Shown here one piece after another: positions 26,609 to 38,445 of a DNA stretch of 64,000 nt (its first letter is position 1; each line of letters opens with the position of its first letter). The notes below the pieces were generated by a model, which was not told where the DNA came from, ran no database searches, and saw only the letters and a list, made by a program, of their open reading frames with translations. The position numbers and the translations under genes were made by a program. The stretch is taken from assembly GCA_973895155.1 (NCBI GenBank), contig OZ316894.1, forward strand, positions 7,154,234-7,218,233, written 5' to 3'. The stretch is from Marsupella aquatica (Eukaryota; Plantae; Marchantiophyta).

Positions 26609-28420
26609 ATGTCTTACAATCCTGATTCTAGTTATGAACCTACGGAAAGACCCACCTACACCCGGTCTCAATATGAGCACCTTTTTTTTAGGGAGGATCT
26701 TCCTGAAGACTCTGATCCACCCTCAGATGGTGAAACTTATAGACCCGGGTACGCAACTCTTATATAATAGACAGGGGTCTACATTTTTATATGGACTAAA
26801 AAGTTGGCTATACAAAATAATTAAAATTTGAAAAAACCTGGGTTTCCCACTTTTAAAAATTTTCAAGTCATATAAAAGGTTTGGTTTCCTTCATTTTCCA
26901 TATGAAATTAAAAAATATTCCTATACATGTTGTAATTTTTATTAAAAGATTTTTAAAATTTTAATAAAAATCCTAAAAAGCTGGCTAGTTTGGTTGTAGA
27001 CCCCTATATTAAAAAAAACCCATATAATTTGGTTTTGATCAACTTTTTGTACATCAAAACATGTTTGGTTTTTTTTTTAAGTTACATTTTTGGATTCCTT
27101 GAGTTCAGAGGTACAAGACTTTAGTAGACTAAAATGAAATCTAAGATGGTCAATTGGATATAAGGCCATTATAAGGAATTAAAAACTTGCCTTATAAAAA
27201 GGGGAGTTGCATACCCGGGCTTATAGATCTTATGATAATTCTCTTGAGTCATCCCCAAGGCAAGGATTTGAAGATGTTGAAGCTGCATTACGGTCAAACC
27301 CAAATTTAGTGGCAGTGGTCACCTTGTCTACCCAAACCCCCAGGAATGCTACTATTGAAAGCAGGTACCCCAGACATCCTGAGTCACAAATGCACAGGTA
27401 TGTCACCACTTGCAAAATAATGCAGGCCAATCTCGGGGGTTTCATTTCCACAAAAATAGCATATCACGTGCGACGAAGGATAGGGTCATTTTATTGGTTC
27501 TAAGGGAAGACTTAAGAATTTTTGTAGAAGAACAATAGGGTCTTTTTAATTCAATTTTGAGACTTATAAGAACATTAGGGTCTTTTTAATCCAATTTTTA
27601 GAATATTCTGGAATATTCCAAGAATATTCCAACTTTATAGGGGTTAAAAAATAAATATTTTTTCTTACATTTTAGGGGGTCCGAGGCCTGAAAACGTCGC
27701 AGGTGATGGGAGGTCCCCATATAGTGAGACCCCTGAGAGGCCAATAGACCACCGGTTGGAGAACTTTGGAGATACTACTATCTGAAGAAGACTGAGGCAA
27801 GCTACATCTTTGATCTTAGGTGTCTTGGTACTTCTAGAGTGGAGATGGCACAATTTGATGAGTTTTGGACTGACTCTATCTACTTCCGACCCATACTGGC
27901 TATGATGCTGCTACAAGGTGATGTGAAGGTGGAGGATCCTGATTTAGTCCTAATATATTTTGGGAACTTTGCAGCTTATGCTCTGGATTTTATAATCTCT
28001 TTCCTTATGCAAAGTAAGAAGTCTACTCCTCTTCAGAATGATTACATTCCACAAAAGCCCAAGGTTGTACTCGTTTCGACCAATACCTTAGCTGATAAAC
28101 AGAGGATATGGAATAATGTTACCTCTCAGACTCTTACAGAATTCAACCGATACTTCAAAGATCATGTTATTTGGAGGTTTCATCCATTCTATTCTAGAAT
28201 GATGAGAACTGAAGATTTCCTATTCCATTACCCTCAAGTTTATGCTGCTACCTGCAATCACTATGATGTGATTGGAATTTACCGAGAGGCACTTCGTATA
28301 GATTCATGTTACTTAATGAAGAGAATGCCTCTTATGTATCCTGTGAGACAACTAAGATGCCTACCCTATTCTCGAGGATCACCGCATCAAGCAGAACTTA
28401 TGGAAGTCACTCAAGCTTGA
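26609..28420 (+). pseudogene. Possible three-exon gene of unknown function, probably degenerate TE cargo
   Basis: ATG 26609; donor GG|GTACGC ~26749 and acceptor cttatag ~27226 join in frame (RPG/SYDN); the last ORF (27839-28420) extends upstream to a TGA; no domain recognised. Confidence 0.35.
26773..27005. repeat. AT-rich segment bounded by 11-bp inverted repeats (MITE-like)
   Basis: AGGGGTCTACA at 26773-26783 and TGTAGACCCCT at 26995-27005; no clear TSD. Confidence 0.4.
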
Positions 28421-30026
28421 ATTGTTACCCTTGTGGAGCTTCTCAAACCAAATGATATTCGACAACAGACCATAAGAAGAGTCTAAGTCCTTTTTAGTTA
28501 GTTGTTTTTAGAGTAGTGTATCTTTTCCAGTTTTTCTAAATATGTTATAAAGCTTTAGAAACTATGAAACTTATCTAGTGCATAGTCTGTACCTAGGAGA
28601 ACCCACTGATTAATTTTCATAGCTTTCTGAGCTAGGAGTAGAAAGTTAAAAATAGTTGAATTTGGTAAGTCTTTAAGTCTACCATGTTTATCGGATTACG
28701 GGTTACGCTTTACGGCTTAAGACTTTACGACTTTATGGTTTTACGGGTTAGAACTTTTTACGAGTTTACGGGTTCTTACTTAGCCATTTTCTGGCACTCC
28801 ACTTACTGAATTGTTGTTTTAACTTTTGGAGGGGTATGAAGAGGGATGTCTCTTCGACCCTATGACCTCTCACTCTGTAGATTTTTACTATAAGACCCCT
28901 CTACCACTAGTGTAATTTATGGTTAAGTTATGCATTTTTGCCTCTTCCTTGTTTTAAACCCATTGATCATGAATCTATGAGTTCAAGATCAGGTTTAACA
29001 ATAGGAGAGTCTTACCTCCTTCTTGTGTTTGCACTTCTGTTTATAAACACAGGAAGTAAAACCCATTTGTGCAAAATCTTTGGATGTTGTAATGACAGAT
29101 TCCTCTTTGGTGACTCATTGCGATTTCCTAAGTTCTTAAAGTTAACTCATTGAGCTTTAAGTCTTATTGAAATTGATGGATTTTCTTTCATGTTGCTTAG
29201 TACCATCTAAATGTTGAAGTAGTCACCCTTTTAGATCTTGTCTGAGTACCACTTAGAAAGAAAAGACAAGACGTGTCGACGACACTTTAAAAGAGTACTC
29301 TAATAAGCACATTAGATCTGAAAAGCAATATGGATTTGAATCCTTAAGTCTTTTCATTTTGACTTATGTCTAAGGAGCAACCTTGGTCAATTTCAAACTC
29401 CCTTAGCATACTTTAAGATATTTTCCCTTGTGTTTTGTTAATCATTTCCTTTTCATTAATTTATGGTTATACAATGCTGAGTTACCATTAAAAACTACTC
29501 ACCGCTGTGGAGCGATCTTCAAAATACCATAGTAAAGTAATCAAACTTGAGTACTAACTATGTGTAGAAAACATCTTAAGTCTATTATTGTTGTTTAAAT
29601 CTATCAAACCAACCCCATCTTGTTCTTTACGGGAACGAATACCGAGTTTGACGACCTTTAAGTGTGTTTTTGGTTCTTCATAGCAAACTACATGCAAAGC
29701 CATTTCCTTTGCAAATACCATCAAAAATTAGAATTATGTTTTAATTTTCAAAGCACCCGCTTTCACACGACCTTAAAAAAATAGAGCCCGAGAGCATTTT
29801 TGCGAGAGAGCAAAGGTGTTGCGAAGCCCTTTGCTTCGCAATGGTTTTGCAAACTTGAGATACTACATGCAAAACAAAAAGGATTGCAAATTGCAAAGCG
29901 GATTGCTTTGCAAATCTTTCCCGCTTGTACATTAGCAATCGGCCGCCGCGTACTCAACGCCATTTCACAAGTTTCAAGCGTAGGGAGGGAGAAGGGAGCT
30001 CGCGCACGCTTGGGGGTGGCTTAGCT

Positions 30027-30567
30027 ATGGATTCCAGTGGAGCCAATGGAGGTGATGGGGCAGGGGTGAGTGACAGTGGCAATGGGAATGAAGGCAATGG
30101 GGAGCAGGAGAGGAATCGATGGACTGATTTGATGGCTGAGCACCTCAATGCAACACAGTTGAGCCGCTTAGATTTGACTACACCAGCAGGGATTGCTTCT
30201 TTGAGTGCAATCCTAGGGCAAGCCTTGAAAACGGGAGTAGCTACAGGGAATGTTGCAAGGGAGGAGAGCAAAGGAGTGCAGCTCAATAGAAGGCAAGAGA
30301 GAAGAAGCGTAAGAAGAAGGAGAGGGCCAAGGCAGAAGTAGTCTCACCTGCTGCCCTAGAAAAGAAGAGGAGGAGAGAGGAACAAGATGAGAGAAGAGCG
30401 TGCAGCGGGAGGAGCAGCGAAAGGAGGAAGAGAGGAAGAAGTTGCCTATGATTGCCTTGATTGAAGGCATTCCTACTGAACTGGCCTACACCGGGGCAAA
30501 GAGCACTATCAGGCTTATGGTGCGCTCCAATTTTGCACGAGGAGTTGAGTGGGGGAAACTCAGCAAG
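30027..30567 (+). pseudogene. 5' part of a frameshifted, probably TE-associated gene interrupted by element A
   Basis: MDSSGANGGDG..., a Lys/Arg/Glu-rich stretch, then 'IRLMVRSNFARGVEWGKLSK' cut exactly at the LTR; preceded by clustered TTGCAA motifs at 29690-29940. Confidence 0.45.
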
Positions 30568-33500
30568 TGTGGTGCGTCCCATGGCTCCCTAAACCCAAGA
30601 AACCCCCCAGCTCAAGCCGATTCCCGCAGGTTTCGCGCTTGGTGAGGCTGTTTCCGCGGCTTAGCGGCATGGGACGCTGCTAACCTCCTCCTACTCTTAC
30701 TATTAGTCTTTTACCCACATATACTGGACAGATCCTTCATCGGGTCATGAGATACGTAGCCGGCCTAATCTAGGCCGTCCCTTGTCTTCCTCTCCTTCTG
30801 GTTAGGTATGTTTGGATTCCGCCGCCGGAATGATCCCCAATAGGCTTGGTTAAGCCGCTAAGACCTCTCTCAGCTCGACACATCCAACTCTCACTCCCTT
30901 GTTTACTTTCCTTCCTTCTGGTAGATGTGGGCACTCTTCACACAAGTTAATGCGACACACAAATAGCAAAATGACTCCTTCTGACTGAGTCATACCATGC
31001 ACTTGCCATACAAACAGTACATCTCATACACAAGTTCTGCGAACTAAGCCGTGAGGCCAACTCTATTCAGCTCTTAGGCATGAGAAAACATGAATATACA
31101 CAAGGTCACGGTATGACTAACCGAGAGCTTCTCTTACTACTTGATCCCATCCCGGCTGGTGCAACTAAAAACTTGCTAACGAAGAGGCCCTGAGCTCCCC
31201 GCTGCCCAGGTACTTATCCTAGTAGTGGATCCGCCTAATTCTTTGCAGCGTAAGCCTAATCTACCTAACAGTAATCTACCTGCCCGAAACTACCTATGTA
31301 CAGCAAGGCAGGAGCACAAGTGTTGCTCCTACCAGTGGAACCGCAATCCCACTAAGCTAAGTGTCAGGGCCGCTCCTGGTCCTGATCCTAATCCTAAACT
31401 TGGAGATCAGCGCCCGCCCTGCCCACTCACGCCTCCTACCTCCATGTCCGCCTTTCCTAAAAGGAACGGCGCCCTTGCACCGTCACGACACCGGTGGTGG
31501 ATCCTCAATGGACGCCCCCAATGCTTCCTCCGCAACCACTGCCGTTGGTCCATCCTCTGACAGATTACCTGCCTCTGACCGAGTCAACTTTTCGGCATGA
31601 CTGGGCCCACCCTCAGCTTCGGCATCGGCTCGGGAATCATTCTCGGCTACGGCCTCAGCCTCGGCTTCAGCCACTGTCTCCCCGGCTTGCTCAAGAGGTG
31701 GATCTCGGATACCGGCCTCATTATTGAGTAGTCTGGCTTGGGCCGCGCCATCCCCACCTTTGGTGATAGCGGAATCTATTGCCGTGCTCATGCCGGAGGT
31801 TGGTGTTGGGTCTACCTCCTTGGTCACCACGGCCAGTGGAGTCGTATTACTCCTTGACCCTGAAGGTTTCCGCTTCTTCTTCTTTTCTGGTTCGGCAACT
31901 GGTCCCTTCCCCTTCCCACTTACTTCCGTCACTGGTGCAGGTGGCGCGGCTTGTTCTTCGGCCAGTACCACTCCTGGTAACTTGGTTGCCCCAATTGGAG
32001 TTGGGCCTGATGAAGACAAGCACTTAAATACTGCGGCTTGTTTCTTCAGCCGCTCTGTTTGGTTGTCGGCCCGTCGCTGTAGGTTCTCCATCTTCCTCGT
32101 GAGTTCCTCCAACTCCTCCTGGGTCTCATCCAGGTCCCTGCGCGCCTCCTCTAGTTCCTTCTAGGCTTCCTCCCGTTCCCTGTGGGCTTCCTCCAGTTCT
32201 TTCTTCAAGGTAGCCCTCTCCTCCCGTGTTGCTCTTAGCTCCTTGTCGAGCTCCGCTACGACCTTAGACTCCATGTTATTCATCTTGGCATAAGTCTGGT
32301 CGAGCTGGGCGTCCTTCTCCCGCAGGTCGGCCTTGAAGCTGGCCGTCAGGGACGCAAGCTCCTGCTGTAGCGCAATAATCCCTTGATAGGATTTCCCTAA
32401 CTCGGCCTCCTTCTGCTCAAGGACTCCGCGGATTTTCTCGAGCTCCCCCTTCAATGCCCTCTCCCTTCTCTGAGTCTCCGCCGTGACCCGGTTGTTGACT
32501 GCTATATGGGCCTCTTCTGCGTTTCTCAGCTCCTTCCATTTCTCCCTGTCCTTGATTGCGTCGGCCAATTCTCCCTGGGTCTGAGTCAGTTTATCCTTGA
32601 TAATCTGATTATCAGCCTGCGCTGTGTCCAACTGCCCCTGTATGATGTTCAGCTCATGCCGCTTAATCCTCAGTTCATCTTGGGCTTTCTTGGCCGCCTT
32701 TAGATCTTCAATCTCGGCTTCCATCCTCCTAAGCCGCCGGATGACCTCATCCTTCTTGCTTCTCTCTAAAGCCACCGCTTCTTCTAATTGGTTCTTCTCC
32801 AACTGCTCCCTATGGAAAAAGGGTCCTACCTCCAACTCCTCCCCAAAGATGCCGAGCGCAAGTTCCCCACACATCTCACCATACTCCATGGCTCTATTCT
32901 TAGCATAGGTGGAGTAAGTAGAAGTGATCGGCATCGCCCATCGCGGCCTCTGCTCCCAAGCCGTCTTGCGGATCTCTTCAATCGTGGCTAGAGGTTTGCT
33001 TCCTTTTTTGGCTAGGCGCCTGATGTCCTCTGGCCAATCTCCTCCTGGCAAATCCTTTTCCCTGGCCAGGGCTGCCTTCTCTTCCTGCCTGATTCGCTCC
33101 TGAAATTCCTGCGCCGTCTGTTTTATGCCGTCAAAGCTCGGGGGAGCAACATCTGGTGGGGGAGACTCAGGGCTACTCTGCTGGTTGGGGTCCCCTCGTA
33201 CTACCCTTGGAAGTGTGGGGATAAACCGGCCACAGGTCCTTACTCCTGGAACGTGATGGTCCGACCCATAGCCGGAGTTATCATGGCTGCAGTCCTCCAC
33301 TGCCTCCTCTACTTCTTGGACTTCCGGCTTCTCCCTCTCTTCTTCGTCGGTAGGAGCTTCAGGCAATTCTACCTCAGATTCAGAGCTTGAGACTCCCACG
33401 TACATTCAAACACCTGGCTTGGATTCTGGCCTGATTCTGCTTAGGTTGACCTCTGGGGCAGTGTCCTGCATTGTTGCCGTTGCCGTTGTCGTTGCCGATG

Positions 33501-35190
33501 CCGATCTCTTCTCCTTCTCTAGTAGTTTCAGCAGATTCTGCATGCCTGGTTGCTGCATCGGCAAGTCCTCCATCCTTGGCCTAAACACCTGCTCGATCGT
33601 AGGGCTAATAGGTGGTTGAGGCTTCTCTACTACCGGCCTCGGTGCTGGGGCTTCCTCGGGTGCCCTTACCTGCAGGGGAAGTACTGGGGCAAAGGTCTGA
33701 CCTCTGGCATACCGGCACAACAGCGGCATGTGATAGCCAAGCCGCGACACGCTCCCCATGCCGATTACCTGCTGCTCCTCCTTTAAGATCTTCTTCAATT
33801 GGTTGAGGAGGTACCCATTGTACGTAGTCCCGGCTTGGGTCTGGCCTCTCTGCCAGATAGACCTGTGCGTTGCCGATCTCTGCCCTCGGCAAGTTACAAT
33901 GCATGGTCACCCGCAAGAAGTTGATCATCTCTCCTATGTGCGGGTTGGTGCAGGTGTTCCGGAAGAAGCCATTCTTCGTTGATGGCCCGGGGAACGACCG
34001 GAACTCCTTGTCAGGCAAGGTCTTCTTGGTATCAACTTTGGTCTTATTACCTATCGGCAAGCCAAACACTTCGGCAATCACCTTGGGAGTAAGATAGAAA
34101 TCCTTCCCATATATCCTCGTGCAATTGGTCTGAATCCGGTACCTCCGGCTTCAGCCATGGTAATCTTACAAAGGCCTCTAAGCCGGATCCGGCCATGAAG
34201 CCTTGGTACTTCTTGGTCTGCATGGCCGTAAAGCATGCATCCTCCTCCCGTGCAAAATGTAGTTGCACCTCCACTGGTAGGGTTGCCGCCCAGCCCTTCC
34301 AGGTGTCATCCCTGGTTGGAATGGCATTGATGGGATCGTCCTCCTCCTCTTCGGCTTCTCCCTGCCTCCTGCTCTGCTGCTTGGCTGGCCTCCTTGGTGC
34401 CGCCGACCTCGTTCTTTTTGCCGGGGTGGCTTCATCGTTGACGGCTCCCTTCCTCTTCATCTCTGCTGCCGTGGAGGTTTCTCCTAGCACCGTTTCTGGG
34501 GTCCACCTTTCCGTGCTACCCTTTAATTCCCAGTGTATGTCGTTGCAGTTCTTGATGGCCTCTCAAATGCCGATGATTCTATCTTCACAAAACAGAAGAT
34601 CGTCGAGCTGATTGGAAGTAGGAGTCCACAAGAACTCGGCGTTGATGAGTTTGCCTCCTAAGAAAGCCGTCTTCTACAGCTCCCACAATCGAGCGAGCTC
34701 CTGTCGTTCTCGAGCTGCCCTTTCTGATTCTTTGTCCTCGTAAGTCTTGATGTACTCAGTTTCCCGTTCGAACAGGCATCCCTAGAAATGTGCCGCTTGA
34801 TTGACGTTGCTCATACCCTCCTTGAGTCGATCGTTGGTATCTGTTCCCACCCCGCGTGCTTGCCTAAGCAGCTGACAGTAGTTGGCCTCCCATAGTCGTC
34901 TGCCTAGTTCGTGCTCACAAATGAGCCACCATCTCCTGGAAGCGCTCCTTACCCCTCTCCTCTTCCTGTCCTTTCTCCCGTTGATCTTTCCTAGCCGCCG
35001 ATGCTTAGCGCGCCCTAACCCTAATCTTGTTTTCACCCCCAGCGTCCTTACCTCCAGCCTCGGCCCGGGTTCCATAGTCGCCCCTAATTGTTTATATTTT
35101 CCTTGTTTTGTCCCTATACTAAGGTGTTTCTAGGGTGCACGCCTGCTTTACCCACTTAACTGGCCGAGTGATTCCTGGCTAGGCATCACA
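30568..35190 (-). repeat. Element A 3' LTR, 4623 bp
   Basis: TGTG...CACA ends; PPT AAGTGGGGAGCTA abuts at 35191-35203; collinear with 41417-44808 and 44809-49434. Confidence 0.92.
31483..35075 (-). pseudogene. Disrupted copy of the LTR-encoded ORF (element A 3' LTR)
   Basis: ORF fragments 34782-35075, 34047-34490, 33605-34081, 33406-33798, 32161-33405 and 31483-32112 tile the 1199-aa protein of element B. Confidence 0.93.
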
Positions 35191-38100
35191 TAGCTCCCCA
35201 CTTAATTGTGAAGCGTCCTCGCGAACAACTTCATCTTCGTCCATATAGTATTTCTTGAGGCGGTCATAATGGATGCGAACTGGATACACTTCTCCCGTAA
35301 TGTTGGCCAATTGTACGGAGCCATTGGAGAACTTCATGGTTACTCTAAAGGGTCCTAACCAGCGAGTGTAAAGCTTCCCTGGAAACCTACTATACCTACT
35401 GTCATAAAGTAATACAAGATCACCAGTGTGAATACTAACTACTTTCAACTTTTTATCATACTGCTGCTTCATGATATTCTGTCTGTATTCTACTCTTTTG
35501 GCTGAAATCATTCTCGCCTCCTCTAAAGCTTCTAACCTATATTCTTGCTCCTTTAGGCTCTCCTCCGCTGAGGCTCTTTCCTCAATTGTAACTTGAAATG
35601 TCGGTATCTCAAGTTGCATGGGTACCAGGGCTTCTTGTCCAAAGGTTAAGAAGAAGGGTGTATGACCGGTAGTGGTTTTATGGGCTAAATTATAAGCAAA
35701 AACAGCAGCAAATAATTTATCATCCCAATCGAGTTTATTCTGAGCTACTGTCTTGTTTAATATCTTTCCTATAATTCTGTTTGCTCGTTCTGTCAACCCA
35801 TTTGCCTTTGGATGGTAGGGAGTAGTAGGCCTATGTCTAACTAAATACTGCTCATTTAAACGACTAATTATATCATTCAAAAAATGGGTTCCTCTATCAC
35901 TAACTAATTCTAGGGGTGCACCATACCTGGTGAAGATCTGCTCATACATGAATCTAGCCGTAGTAATTGAATCATCCTTCGTGGTCGGTCTGGCCTCTAC
36001 CCATTTAGTTGCATAATCCGTAGCCAGGATTATATACTTGTTTCGTCGGGGGTAGGTCAGTGGTTTCAGAGGTCCGATGTAATCAATACCCCACTTATCG
36101 AATGGTGCCAGAGGTAGAATAGGGTGCAGTGGATGTCTGGTGGACGCCCTTGGTCCTCCCGCTCGTTGACAAGGATCGCATTGTTTGATAAACTGATAGA
36201 CATCCTTGTGCAAGGTGGGCCACCAGTAACTGGCATTTAATATTTTTTTAGACGTGGTTACTGGGGCAAAATGTCCGCCGGCCTCCTCTCCATGCATGGC
36301 CCGTAGGACTCGCTTTACCTCTCCCTTTTCCAAACACCTTTGAATAGTGCCGCTGATTCCATACCTGTGTAGTACACCCTTAATGTACTGATACTGTCTG
36401 ACCTTCCGCAAAAAGACTGCGGCTTGTTCTCGGCTTAACCCTGGCTGTAATTTGGAAGTGCTGAGAAAATGTAAAATCTCAGGGTACCATGTATCAGCTA
36501 TTTCCACAACGAATAGTTCCTCGTCGGGGAATCGATCATCGATGCAATCCGTGGCAGGTTCACCTGTGATTCTTGAAAAGAAGTCGGCATTGGCGTGTAA
36601 CTTTCCCGGCTTGATCCTCAGCTCATAGTCAAACTCCTGTAATAGCAAAATCCATCTTGCTACTATGCCTGTAAGGTCCGGCTTATTGACTAGGTACTTC
36701 AAACTTTCATGATCGGTATGAAAGATTACCTTGTACCCTAGTAAATAATGCCTAAACTTTTTACAGGAATAAATGACTCCTAATGCTTCCCTCTCTGTGG
36801 TGGAGTAGTTCCGTTCGGCATCGACAAGTTGACGGCTTGCAAAGTATATGGGATGGTCCCTTCCTTTCTCATCTAACTGACTTAGTACTGAGCCGATACA
36901 GAAGCCCGAGACATCTACAAAAACATGAAAATCTTTGTTCCAGTCCGGTGCTATCATGACTGGGGCCTCTACCAACATCTGCTTCAATTCTACCACCGCT
37001 GTGACTCGTTCGGGTGTGGGTTCGAAGTCTGCTCCTGCCTTGAGCATGTTGGTTAATGGTAAAGTTAGTTTGGCAAAATCCTTGATGAACCGGCGATAGT
37101 AACCAATGCATCCCAAGAAGGATCTTACATCCTTTATGTTCTTAGGTTGCACGATATCTAGCCATACTGCTAGCTTACCTTTGTCAATCTCAATGCCCTT
37201 CCTTGATACCTTGTGACCTAGTAGCACCCCCTCGGTTATTCCAAAGAAACATTTATCTGGGTGTAACTTGAGACCTACCTCTCTACATCTCATGAAGGTT
37301 TTCCTGAGGTATTTAGCATGTTTCGATGCCTTCCCGAATACTACAAAGTCATCAATGAAGATTTCCATGAACTTTCTCAAGTAATCATGAAAAATGTTCA
37401 CCATCAATCGTTGGAACATAGCTGGTGCGTTGCAGAGTCCAAACGGCATACGATTGAAGACATAGATCCCCCATTCCGTGATGAAGGCCGTCTTGATTTG
37501 GTCTTCCTGCCGAATCCTGATTTGGTTATAACCAGAGTACCCATCCATGAATGAATATAGTTCATGACTGGCTACCATGTCTAGTACCATATCAGTAAAG
37601 GGTAAGGGAAAATGGTCTTTTAACGTTGCTTCATTCAGTTTCCTATAATCCTGACAAACCCGGATCTTGGGTTTACCATCGGGTCCAGCTTTCTTGGGAA
37701 CTATCACAATTGGAGACACCCAGTCTGAATGCAGGACTGGAGTGGTGAATCCATCTTCCACTAGTTTGTCGATTTCCGTTTTGACCAGCAGGGAATACTT
37801 CGGGTTCATCCTTCGAATTGGTTGTCTGAATGATTTGGCTCGTAACATGAGATCAATTCGATGTTCCCCCAATGTTGGATCTACTCCCTTTAGATCTTGG
37901 TGACTCCATGCAAACACATCCTGAAATTCAATCAGTAAGTCACTGATCTCTTTCTCAAGCTCAGGTGCTAGGTCTCTCCCTAAGTTTAGTTCCCTCCCTT
38001 CTCCTAAGTCGAGCTTCCGGTATTGCCGTGCTTGGATCATATTAATCTGCTTCTTCAAATTCGGGTCCAGCTCGGCTTCCAGTCTCTCCAGTCTCATACC

Positions 38101-38445
38101 TCCATAAATTGGAATCTCGGCTGTACTAGCCGAATCAGTTTCTCCCTTGGTGCCCATAGACTGTCCCCTTGCCGGCCTATTCGGTTTTGAATTGGTAGTA
38201 GGTTTTCCTTCCTGACTCGGCTCTGGATTCTCTCTGTGCATCTCATCCACCTCTTCCTCCTGAGGGTCAGGCCGCTGTGCTCTCCCGGCTTCTAATAGGG
38301 CCTCAATTTATTCTGCCCTTGTAATCGGCTTGTATGCCGATCCCTTGGTATTTAATTCCTTGCCGATGATCGATGGCGTTGTGGACCCTGTCGGCTCTGC
38401 CACAACGCCTGCAGAAAATCCATTGTCCCTGCTACTGCTCCCCAC
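35179..38445 (-). CDS. pol: Element A pol (RT-RNase H-integrase); one premature stop near 38309 upstream of RT
   Basis: WVSPIVIVPKK, DYRKLN, MPFGLCNAP, FIDD, RNase H 'VDVSG...NYSTTERE', HHCC, WGIDYIGP/SDRGTHF/NGLTE, WLGPF. Confidence 0.95.

Noticed and set aside
28905-28912. CACTAGTG as a CACTA terminus
   Set aside because: No matching TIR, TSD or adjacent subterminal repeats found
30568-31480. Reading the LTR as only the ~0.9-kb non-coding block, with an internal env-like ORF
   Set aside because: PPT, terminal CACA and the TSD all lie beyond the ORF (35190, 49434, 58370); no PPT was seen next to the 0.9-kb block
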